Assembly (NCBI GenBank): GCA_047639315.1
Contig: JBLINQ010000005.1
Span: 337 to 64,336, forward strand
Direction: 5' to 3'
DNA from: Planctomycetota bacterium
GTDB lineage: Bacteria > Planctomycetota > GCA-002687715 > DRQF01
DNA length: 64,000 nt
Shown: one piece after another, positions 12,297 through 21,400 of the stretch
Numbering within the stretch: the stretch's first letter is position 1
Layout: the number at the start of each line of letters is the position of its first letter
The notes under the pieces: model-generated
The model's input: only the letters and a program-made list of their open reading frames with translations
Told to the model about the DNA's origin: nothing
Database searches by the model: none
Translations under genes and position numbers: made by a program

Positions 12297-12464
12297 ATGG
12301 CAAAGAACAAGCACATCTTCGTCTTCCTTACCTCTATCCTCATCCTGTTCTTTTTCTTCATGTGGATGTTCAGTTGGCTGCGGAGCAACTCACCAACCGA
12401 AGAGTTCGGTGCAATCGACTTCACCCAGGAACAAACCACACCTGCACTGAAAGAGACCCGATGA
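12297..12464 (+). CDS. mini membrane protein (55 aa), paralog 1
   Basis: MAKNKHIFVFLTSILILFFFFMWMFSWLRSNS... Too short for the ORF track. Its stop overlaps the next start (ATGA at 12461-12464). Confidence 0.4.
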   Translation: MAKNKHIFVFLTSILILFFFFMWMFSWLRSNSPTEEFGAIDFTQEQTTPALKETR

Positions 12465-12607
12465 AAAACAAGCACATCAACTTGCTACTGGTAGCCATGG
12501 CTATCGTTTTGGCGGCACTCTTCATGATCAATAGTTGGATCCGCGAGAACTCCGCCCGGCAAGACATCAAAGAGCCTAAGCAAGCGACCACTCAGAAGTC
12601 GAAATAG
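12461..12607 (+). CDS. mini membrane protein (48 aa), paralog 2
   Basis: MKNKHINLLLVAMAIVLAALFMINSWIRENS... It shares the M(A)KNKHI start and the SW(L/I)R(S/E)NS motif with the upstream mini-ORF. Confidence 0.4.
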   Translation: MKNKHINLLLVAMAIVLAALFMINSWIRENSARQDIKEPKQATTQKSK

Positions 12608-12624
12608 ATCTTTAGGACCTGACC

Positions 12625-12981
12625 TCACGACTGACGCATGATCCCGTAACCAAGATAGAAATTGATCAGCATAAAGATCATGGCGGGTAATGATTGAACA
12701 AGGGTGTCTTGGATGCGCATTCTGACAACACTCCCAGCAAACATCAGGACGCCGAGGCCCATTGCAGCCGCAATGCCCAATGCCGGTTCTTTATAACTGA
12801 GGACAAGCCCCACTGCGCCAATCATCTCCAGAGCGCCGACGGTACGCCTAAAAGGTTCGAGGCCGAATCTTTCAAACTCCCTCGCCATGCGTTCAAGAAA
12901 CAAGCATTGGAAGCCGTACCAGAAGAAGGCCACGATGGACAACACTCGACAAAATTCCAGAGCCAAGGGCAATTTAGACAT
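12625..12981 (-). CDS. DoxX-like family membrane protein (copy 1)
   Basis: 118 aa with 4 TM segments. It is highly similar to copy 2 (LEFCRVLSI.AF.W.G...EFERFGLEP.RR.VG). Confidence 0.6.
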   Translation of the reverse strand: MSKLPLALEFCRVLSIVAFFWYGFQCLFLERMAREFERFGLEPFRRTVGALEMIGAVGLVLSYKEPALGIAAAMGLGVLMFAGSVVRMRIQDTLVQSLPAMIFMLINFYLGYGIMRQS

Positions 12982-13375
12982 GATGGCGTGCGCCTATTTT
13001 GGCTGACAAACTGGCTCTTGGCCGACGAAAAATCCTATAGCCAAGATAGAAATTCATCAGCATGAAGAGCGTAGCAGGCAGTATTTGAATGAGAGGATCT
13101 TGAACTCGCACCCTGACGATGACGCCAGCGAGCATCAAGAGACTGAGCCCGATAGCTGCCGCCGCCCCGACTGACCATTTCTTGAAGCTAAGTAGAAGAC
13201 CGAGCGCGCCTACGATTTCGAAGACACCGACAATGCGTCGGTAAGGTTCGAGCCCAAAACGCTCGAATTCCTCTGCCATGCCGTTGAAGAAAACAGAATG
13301 GATACCGAACCAGAGGAAAGCCGCGATGGACAATACTCGACAAAATTCCAACGCGAAACCCAATCGGAACAACAT
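12974..13375 (-). CDS. DoxX-like family membrane protein (copy 2)
   Basis: 133 aa, a tandem paralog of copy 1 with an 8-nt overlap onto it. Confidence 0.6.
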   Translation of the reverse strand: MLFRLGFALEFCRVLSIAAFLWFGIHSVFFNGMAEEFERFGLEPYRRIVGVFEIVGALGLLLSFKKWSVGAAAAIGLSLLMLAGVIVRVRVQDPLIQILPATLFMLMNFYLGYRIFRRPRASLSAKIGARHHV

Positions 13376-13388
13376 GGCGGGCCCAATC

Positions 13389-13754
13389 TCAAATCACAAA
13401 CAGAGCAGCGGCCATGGCGAGCATGAGCGTGGCTGGGAGCGAACGAATCAGCGGATCATGGACGCGAATGTGCATCGCCAGTGCCCCGACCATCAGCACG
13501 CAGAGCGTGACCGCAGCCGGGAGAATCAGCTCAGGCAGCCAGATCCCGCCCAAAAGTGCAACAGCGATACTGAGTTTCAAGGCGCCAACCAAGTAGAAAG
13601 ACCAGCTCGGCAACCCGTAAGCTTCGAACTCGCCCTTCAGATTCGTGGAGCTGCCCCCACGATATCCCGTTTCATTGCGGGACCTAAAGATCCAAACATT
13701 GATGAGGCCGAGGGAAAGTATGATTTGAATCAGGAGGGCTAAAGTGAGAATCAT
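13389..13754 (-). CDS. DoxX-family membrane protein (copy 3, divergent)
   Basis: 121 aa, 4 TM segments, similar topology and length, same strand, 13 nt upstream of copy 2. Confidence 0.55.
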   Translation of the reverse strand: MILTLALLIQIILSLGLINVWIFRSRNETGYRGGSSTNLKGEFEAYGLPSWSFYLVGALKLSIAVALLGGIWLPELILPAAVTLCVLMVGALAMHIRVHDPLIRSLPATLMLAMAAALFVI

Positions 13755-14257
13755 AATCGAACCTAATATCAGAAAAACCGGTGCTTGAATCTGCGCTACA
13801 GAGTCCTTCGTGGCGAATGAACGATTGGATGCAAAAAAATTTACGCAGGCCGACTTATCTCAGCTCGGTGCCTCGACCCCATGCGCGCTTTCGGCTTCCT
13901 CTGCTAACTGAACGACTTCTAAGCGCCAATCTTGCCACGCTTCGCTGCAAATCAGACATGAGTCTGTAATCGAAGAGGACCACTCAGAGTCACAAACGAA
14001 GCAGTGCCAGGAGGCCCCACTGAGCTTCTTCTCTAATGTCGTTTGAGGTTTGGTGACGGCATCGATCATTGAACGTCTCAGCTTTCAAGAAATCAGGACG
14101 TAGTTCTGTGGTGAAATCGTAGAACCTTCGTTCAGGTTGATTATTGATGTGATCTCGCTTCGACCACAGAACTTGTCCAGTCAAACACCTAATCGCGCTC
14201 CATTCACGATCGGATTCAGAGAAACAAGTGTTTCCTAAGGACTACTGGATCGCCGGG

Positions 14258-14286
14258 GCAGGTACGGAACCAGGTCTAATTCCCTC
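14258..14286. repeat. REP-like element (variant, 'ACCAGGTCTA' orientation)
   Basis: GCAGGTACGGAACCAGGTCTAATTCCCTC. It matches the reverse complement of 14881-14912 and the core of the RAYT-flanking repeats. Confidence 0.65.
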
Positions 14287-14757
14287 AGTCGAAGCGCAGG
14301 TCTTGGACCAACGACAAGAAGAGATCCAAAAGTCTGTACGCAAACTCAAGGCCCGAAAATGTAAGCTGCAAAAAGAATTGAAGAAGGCACAGGGTTCTTG
14401 ATCGATAGGTTCCGCGCTTAAGAAAGACCCTGCCTGGTCACACCATAGGCTTCGTCAAAACGAGCTGCCTTCTCTGACTCTCCCGGAAGATCGAAGTGTT
14501 CGATCCGGTCGATGAGTGCTAACGGATTTACTCGAACGACTTGCTCTCATTTGAAATCAAGACGATGCCCGTTGTGCTCCATCACGTCTCTGAAGAAGAC
14601 CTTTTGTGGTGTCTTGGGTAAGGGCCTCTATTGAACTCCCATAGCGAACAGGACCGAAGGTCGCCGCGACCCACTCGCCGATCGATCGGCACATCTGGAC
14701 AATAGTCTCAGCGCCACTCCTCAGGTTGCCTCGAAAAGCATGTTCACAGTTATTGGT

Positions 14758-14790
14758 CAGGCACCGAGGTACCGAACCAGATTTAATTCC
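14758..14790. repeat. degenerate REP-like element
   Basis: CAGGCACCGAGGTACCGAACCAGATTTAATTCC is similar to 14258-14286. Its CAGGCACCG head resembles the 56.6-kb repeat arms. Confidence 0.5.
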
Positions 14791-14880
14791 ATCGGCAGAA
14801 TGAGTGACTGTGCGGCGAAGAAGACATGCCGAGACAGGTCTTTGCGAGAAATAACGGAGGCAAGAATGGACACCACTGGC

Positions 14881-14912
14881 GAGGGGAATAGACCTGGTAC
14901 CGTACGGTACCC
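14881..14912. repeat. REP-like element containing a perfect 16-bp palindrome
   Basis: GAGGGGAATAGACCTGGTACCGTACGGTACCC shares GAGGGGRATAGACCTGGTAC with the 52924-53011 repeats. GGTACCGTACGGTACC (14896-14911) is a perfect palindrome that abuts the stop codon of the downstream gene. Confidence 0.7.
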
Positions 14913-16201
14913 TACTTAAAATCCTTGACGTACTTCATGACGGATTCGATGCACTGGTCGGAGTTGAAGTACTTGTAGTCGCCGAAGCGACCAAGGAGGT
15001 CGATGCCTTTGTTGCCGAGGAACTTGCGGACGATCTCGAGATTCTTTTCGAGGTCGTGGCTGTAGACGATGTAGGCGAAGCGGTTCTTCCAGGAGCGGGT
15101 GAAGAGGACTTTGTCAGCGGTGGCGAAGCCACAGCGGATGAGGCCGTCAACTACTTCCTTCTCACAAGCTTCAGCGTCGATGTCGCCTTTGTAGGTGACT
15201 TCAGCCATGAGGGCGCTCTTGCCTTCAGGGGCATTGCGTGGGCTGTAGTTGGAAATGTGCGTGACGCGGTTGAATGGTCCGTTTTCTGGATGTGGAAAGT
15301 AGATCCAGGAGCGGTCGCTTTCAGGCGGCTGATCGAGGGCGACGAGGATACTCATCACGCTGGTGTAGGTCAGGCCATCGAAGGCAGCTTGGATTTCGGC
15401 GGGGATGTCACCGAGGGTTGGGGCTAACTGCTGCAAGGGAATCGTTGAGATAACCTTGTCGTAGCGCTTGCCGTTCACCAAGTAACCATCGGCGTCTTGG
15501 ACCACGGTTTCGACCGGTGTGCCGACGTGGATCCGATCTTGATCGAGACGCTTGGCGATGCCGGTGACGATAGATTCAAAGCCACCGGTGAGCGGATACC
15601 AGAATACGCTTTGGTGCTTGTAGCCTTCGGTTTCGATGCCGATGGACGCGCGGATAACATCGCTGACCGGGGCGTCAGGAATGCGGCCGCTGACCCAGCG
15701 AATGCTCATGTCTTCGAGATCTGTCTTCCAGATCTTTTCGTTGTAGGGATGCATGAAGGTGCGGCTGATGCCGGTGCCGAAGCGCCAGTCACACCAGTCA
15801 CGGAAGTTCTGTGGTTCTTCCGCACCTTGCTCGCGAGCAAAATGGGCATCGATGTAGGTCGAGAGGCATTCGAAGTTGTCTTCTTTGGGCAGGTCGCCCA
15901 GGCCGTTCTCATACGGATAGCGCACGAAGTTGCCACGATAGTAGATGGCGCTCTTGCGTTCACTCTCGTGGGTGCCAAGGTCTTCGACAGCGTCGAGGAC
16001 GTACTGAAGCACCTCCTTGTTCTTCGAGAAGATGATGTGTCCGCCAGCACGGTCAGCAACGAAGCCGTCGACCGTTTCAGATTTGCATAAACCACCGAGG
16101 CGCTTGCTTGCTTCAAAGAGGTCATAGTCGACGCCCTTTTTTTGCAAAAGATCAGCCAAGCTCGTTCCAGTTATGCCACCGCCAAGAATCGCGACTTTCA
16201 C
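14912..16201 (-). CDS. FAD-dependent oxidoreductase (protoporphyrinogen/amine-oxidase-like fold)
   Basis: The N-terminal dinucleotide-binding motif is MKVAILGGGITGTSLADLL...FEASKRLGG; 429 aa. Confidence 0.65.
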   Translation of the reverse strand: MKVAILGGGITGTSLADLLQKKGVDYDLFEASKRLGGLCKSETVDGFVADRAGGHIIFSKNKEVLQYVLDAVEDLGTHESERKSAIYYRGNFVRYPYENGLGDLPKEDNFECLSTYIDAHFAREQGAEEPQNFRDWCDWRFGTGISRTFMHPYNEKIWKTDLEDMSIRWVSGRIPDAPVSDVIRASIGIETEGYKHQSVFWYPLTGGFESIVTGIAKRLDQDRIHVGTPVETVVQDADGYLVNGKRYDKVISTIPLQQLAPTLGDIPAEIQAAFDGLTYTSVMSILVALDQPPESDRSWIYFPHPENGPFNRVTHISNYSPRNAPEGKSALMAEVTYKGDIDAEACEKEVVDGLIRCGFATADKVLFTRSWKNRFAYIVYSHDLEKNLEIVRKFLGNKGIDLLGRFGDYKYFNSDQCIESVMKYVKDFK

Positions 16202-16863
16202 GATCTATTCCTTTCGAGATCGAGGATCCCATCGAGGTCTACATTCTCGAAGCCGCGAATCGATGCCGCGACTTCAGGGAACGTGAGTCCCTGGGTTGTA
16301 GCTGTTTCGACCCGCACACAGGTCATGCCAGCCGCTATGGCTGCTTTGATACCATTAGCCGAGTCTTCAAATACCAGACAGTCTTCGGGTTCGGCCCCTA
16401 AACGCTCGGCCGCCAAGAGAAAGATCTCAGGGTCTGGTTTTGAGTTCTTCACTTCATCGCCAGAAGCTATGACTTCAAAGAACTCTGCCATGCCCCCCTT
16501 ATCGACCACATGGTCAATAAGGCTGCGCCCAGAACTGGAAGCTAAAGCAAGTTTGCACCCGCGGTTACTGAGGTCGCCAAGGACATTCACGACACCAGCG
16601 GCGATGGGGAGTTGTTCTCGCAACATCCGCACCAGCACGTCGTGGCGAAGTTTAATGTAATAATTTGGGTCATTAGCCAAAGAAAAGCGCTCGACGAGCG
16701 CGCCCCAATAGAGCTTCTCATTACAGCCCAAGTATTCAGCATTGTCGAGGGCACTCAGATGCGCCCCTTCAAGACCAAGCACTTCGTTGGCGGCCTCAAG
16801 GTGCATGGGTTCGGAATCAATCAGGACGCCGTCCATATCAAAGATAATCGTTTTGAAGGTCAT
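16198..16863 (-). CDS. HAD-superfamily hydrolase (beta-phosphoglucomutase-like subfamily)
   Basis: The IIFDMDGVLIDSEP motif I is present. A 4-nt overlap joins it to the downstream oxidoreductase gene. Confidence 0.75.
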   Translation of the reverse strand: MTFKTIIFDMDGVLIDSEPMHLEAANEVLGLEGAHLSALDNAEYLGCNEKLYWGALVERFSLANDPNYYIKLRHDVLVRMLREQLPIAAGVVNVLGDLSNRGCKLALASSSGRSLIDHVVDKGGMAEFFEVIASGDEVKNSKPDPEIFLLAAERLGAEPEDCLVFEDSANGIKAAIAAGMTCVRVETATTQGLTFPEVAASIRGFENVDLDGILDLERNRS

Positions 16864-17003
16864 CGAGGTCGGCTATGTCCGCAATCGTCGAAACTCGCCT
16901 CCAGTCTCAACAAGAGACCGGATCGGCAATTCCATGGTTGGGATTATACGGGAGCAGGATCAAGGCAACAAATAGGTTCGAACCCATCTGAGCGCATATT
17001 CAT

Positions 17004-17984
17004 TCAGCGACCGCGTGTCATCCTCAGAATCTCGGCGTCCGTGGCAGATTTGGTGGATTTGAGCTCAGCTAAAAACCTCGATCCGTCCTGATAGTAGCCC
17101 GCTGTCCGCAAGATCCCGGGGGCTCGCCGGCGCCAATAGTCGTTAAAGATCGACATGAATGCTTCGCGCGTATATTTGGCAATCATCGAAGCCAAGCCGA
17201 TCGCTGGGAAGCGATCGTCGCCTTTGACGTGAAAAGAGATCTCGACGGGGCCGGTATCGGGTTCTAAGAGATAATGGCCATTGGCCGAAGTCTCTTCTAA
17301 TATCTCGATGGGTACGAAGGGGAAGGCGCCTACAAGCTTTGGCTCGTAGTGGCTCCGCCCACCCAGTTTATCCACCTGGATTTTACGGGCTTCTGCTGGC
17401 TCCAAGACCTCTTCAATGAGCTCAGCGACTTGGGTGAAAAGAGAATCGTGCTTGTTTTCGGATAGGCCCCAGGACTGGTTGAGTGCGACTTCGTCGGTGA
17501 CGCGAAGTCCTAAACCTGTGATGACACCACCAGATAGGGCCAACCCCTTTTCAACCTCTTCCCAGGCCTCGGTCAATTCATCGGCGGAAGCCGCTATGGG
17601 CAGCGACATGTCTAAGTCTTGATACCATGGAAGTTGGTGAAGTTGATTGTTCGCGGCCCAGTGCGAATCGAGTTCCATCCATTCGAGGAGCGTGGCGGGC
17701 GGCGCGCCATAAATCGACGCATGAATACCCAAGACGGCGGCTTCGAGATGGGCAAAACCCGACTTGCGGGCAAGAAGTTGTTTGGAATCGCCGATCTTCA
17801 CGATGCGAGCAGGACGAATCGGCAAGCGTAATTTCGCACCGGTGAGCTCAAAATCAGCTCTTCCCAGTACCAGTGGGCCTAAGAGTGGCCCATATCCGGC
17901 TTCATCGATTCCATGAACAAATACAGGTGAATTCACGACTTCCACTTTCTTTGTCGATAAGAACAAAAGAAAGGCCGGAGGCAA
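17004..17984 (-). CDS. divergent RNase HII-family protein with a large internal insertion
   Basis: GIDEAGYGPLLGPLV, IGDSKQL and LASMIAKYTREAF correspond to the DEAGRGP / DSK / ASI.AK..RD motifs of RNase HII. At 326 aa it is longer than the ~200 aa typical size. The TTG start at 17984 is uncertain (a GTG lies at 17945). Confidence 0.5.
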   Translation of the reverse strand: MPPAFLLFLSTKKVEVVNSPVFVHGIDEAGYGPLLGPLVLGRADFELTGAKLRLPIRPARIVKIGDSKQLLARKSGFAHLEAAVLGIHASIYGAPPATLLEWMELDSHWAANNQLHQLPWYQDLDMSLPIAASADELTEAWEEVEKGLALSGGVITGLGLRVTDEVALNQSWGLSENKHDSLFTQVAELIEEVLEPAEARKIQVDKLGGRSHYEPKLVGAFPFVPIEILEETSANGHYLLEPDTGPVEISFHVKGDDRFPAIGLASMIAKYTREAFMSIFNDYWRRRAPGILRTAGYYQDGSRFLAELKSTKSATDAEILRMTRGR

Positions 17985-17992
17985 GCAATACC

Positions 17993-18382
17993 ATGATTCA
18001 GGTACTCATTTCTTTACGCGACCCCATTCTCAGCGACATTGTGTCGACTGCTTTCAAGCAGTTCCCATCGGTCACCTCGCACCGATTGCCCGAAAACAGG
18101 GTTATGGACACGATCGCCAACAGTGAATACGACGCCATCGTCGTCGATTTGATGAAGGGCGACGAGATGCGGCAAGGACTCTTAGTCCAAGAGATTCGCG
18201 AGAGCGGCAATAAGATCGAGATCATCGGCTTAGTCGATCGAAACTTGAAGGACCGCTTCAATCGCTACAAGCTCGACAACAGCCTGTTTAGCGTCTTCCC
18301 GTTGCCGGTTGACCCGTTTGCTCTGGCCAAGAACATTGTACGCTTGGAAACGCGGTTGAAGAAAACAAGTACGCGCCGCTAA
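17993..18382 (+). CDS. stand-alone receiver (REC)-like domain protein, probably atypical
   Basis: 129 aa from the ATG at 17993. It has a CheY-like alternating pattern with the candidate acceptor Asp in IVVDLM, but the N-terminal acidic pair and conserved Lys are not obvious. Confidence 0.45.
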   Translation: MIQVLISLRDPILSDIVSTAFKQFPSVTSHRLPENRVMDTIANSEYDAIVVDLMKGDEMRQGLLVQEIRESGNKIEIIGLVDRNLKDRFNRYKLDNSLFSVFPLPVDPFALAKNIVRLETRLKKTSTRR

Positions 18383-18403
18383 TCTCGGTTAGCTTTGAGC
18401 TAA

Positions 18404-21400
18404 TTAGAGGTGACGTCGTACTTTCGATTTTGATTCAACAGACTCATCATCGGTGTAGCCACCCAGGTCTCGGATGATTTGCTCGTAGCCTTCTAAGTCG
18501 AGCATCCCCAGACTTTGCACAGTCCGAACCGCGATCATCTGCTCGCTCCAACTCGAAGGGCGTTCGCCGGCTTCGAGCAAGATACCGTAAACGTGCTCAA
18601 TCGGATCCACTCCCTCCGGCAGGAGCTCGTCTAAGTTTGCCAGATGTTTGCGCGCCACCTTGTGACCATGATCGAGTGAAGCCGCCAAGATACGCAACAT
18701 GCTTTCATTGGTCTCTGGGTCAGCAATGAATTCCCAGTATTTCTCGACTTTGGCGAGCGTCTTCTTCGACAGGCGGAACCGCTGCCAGCGAGTCTCTTCT
18801 TTAGGCAAGCGATGGATGACATCGCGGAGTTCGGCAATGGCGCTCAAGATAGAGTAGCTTCCTAAGTGATCACAGGCGAATGCTGTGGCCACGACGCGCA
18901 TGGCCTGCCCTTCCCTACCGACGAGATTCTCATTGCGGGCAACAATGTCGTCCGCGATCTGGTGACCAGCCTCGGCTTGGTCGCGCAAGAATCGTGACAA
19001 GACTCGAATCTGCTGTTCGCGCTTGGTCTTGATCTCTCTGAAGTTTTGCCAGTCTCGTTCCGATGCGTCGAGACGGCGCAAGTCTTCAACCAAGAGGTCT
19101 TCGGGGCGGATGGAGTCTTCCGTGATGCCAGGAATGGCGATACCGAGATACTCAACGTCAAAAAGCGCACGCAGACGCACTGTTTCCATCACCACGGGTC
19201 GCCGCATGCGATGGATCTTTCGACGAGCCACTTCAAACCCAGAACGTCCGGCGCTGACTTTGAGAGGCCGATCGTTCGGATTGAGAACATCCTTCACGAT
19301 GAGGACGATGCGCTTAATCAGAAGGCGAACGCCACAAAGGACAAGCCAAACCAAGATCAGCGGGAAGGCAAACACGCGGCCTCGAGCGAGGTACTTGCGA
19401 TAGAAACGATATGGATTGATCGTCCGCTTCGACTTAGCCAACTCGTGCATGGGGAACGTGCCGAAGATATCGCGAATGAGATTCTCACGATCTTCGAGGA
19501 GCAAATTGGCGACATCATCGCCAAAGCGCGACCGAATCGCGTTGTCTCTCTTCTCTTCCTTGGTCAAGAAGTTAAGAGCATTAAATTCGGTGGTGCGATA
19601 AACAAGCGTACCGCCCGAGCTGTCGGTCGTTTGCGACTCATCGGTCGTCAACACTTCATTGCGGCGACGAGCCAATGAGATGCGCTCACGACGGGCGAGC
19701 CAAGCGTCAAAGATGCGGCGATCTTCGGCGTCAGCGGCGTTGTACTCGTCGACAGGAATGCAATGTTGATTGTATTCGATGATGAGTCGGGCCGTGTGCT
19801 GCGCCACACTATGAGTGATGAAGTTAAACCACACGCGTGGCCCGGAGATGCCGCCCTTATCACGAGCAATGTCGAGACGATCGAGTCTCTTGAAACGCTT
19901 GGCATCAAACTGAAGGCGATTGCGGCGAATGTTCTCAAGGGTCAGATTTCCCACCAAGATGTTCGCGATCTTGGTGTCGTTCTTATGGAAATAAGCACCG
20001 TCGATGAAATCGCGATAGTAGAGCATCATGGCATCACACATCGACCATGGCAGTGGTGATGCTTCATCATTGATGTTGTCTTGCTTCTGACAAACGGCGA
20101 AGAGTGCACTGCGGGCGACCTCGCGCTCGGCTACGGCTTCTTCGGGAACAAGAAGCTTGTGCTCGGGCATGAGGACGCGCTCGACCAAGTAAGACACGTC
20201 TCGGTCGCCGTGGACTTCTTTGGCAGTCTCAGTTAACGCGAAGAACTGGGCCTCTGAAACGCGATCGAAGAAATCGACGGCTTGACCAGCAATGCGTCGG
20301 AGCCAGAGTCCGAGCGCAAGAGGAATAAAGCAGACGACACCTAAGACGATGATCGGAAACTTCAAGGCATCTCGAAGTGAGTCGACACCTTTGATGAAAG
20401 CCGGCACCTGCGTGAGCCAGGCCATGCCCAAGATAACGCTGATCACAACGACAAAGATGACCAATCGCTTTGCCGGTCTAATGGTCGCCTTGACCAGTTG
20501 AATGCCAACTCGATCAAGGAACTGCGCCCCAGTAATAGTGCCGTAAAGATCGGCGAACCAATGAATACCACGAGCAACCCAGGCCAGGAGATCTCCAGAG
20601 AGTCGTCCTAAGCGGGCTGTGGTCCACAGAGGATCAGGTGCTCCGCTTGGTCCAAGGAGGAATCTCGAAAAGGCGAAATGACGCAGGAACGGCAAGCGGA
20701 AAAAACTCAGGGACGCAGTCAGTTGACGCGCCACATCGACGCCAACGATTTCGGCGACTTGATTGTCATCAAGCCCTCTCAGGTTATCGACCACACTGTC
20801 AACATCGAGATCGCGAATTCGTTCTTCGCCGTGCTTCCTCTTGACCGAAGCTGCTGCCACACCACCGTCATGGCACGAGAACTCGGCTTCGATTAAGCCC
20901 ATGCGCCATTCAGCCCCAACGATTTGCGCTTCAACTGGCAGGCCCTTCAGCACATTCGATGTCCTACCGGCGATCCACGAGTCAATGTTGCGAGCTCGGC
21001 TCAGAAGAGTGAGGTTTGACTCAGCTTGCTCATCCTCCGTAGCGAAGACGATATTCTGATTGAGGAACCACGAGTTGCGCTCGACCAAACGATCGGCGGC
21101 ACGGGCAAGGAATAAGAAGAGCCGCGACAAGCGAATGATTGGGCGCAACACGCGCAACACTCTTGCAACCCGAACCAAGCGAGCCGTTCGAATGAAGCGT
21201 AACTTGTCGACTGCCATCAGTCCTTGCAGTAATCCAAAAGGCAACGACGGCAGAAACTCAGTGATAAAATTTCGACGGAAATAAGCCAGGCGCGATGGAC
21301 TGAGAAGGAGGCGGATCATGAAGTCCCAGAGAAGAATGAGGCAGATGAGGGTATCGACCCAGACGGTCCAGCCGATCGTCGACCAAATGCCCTTGCCGAT

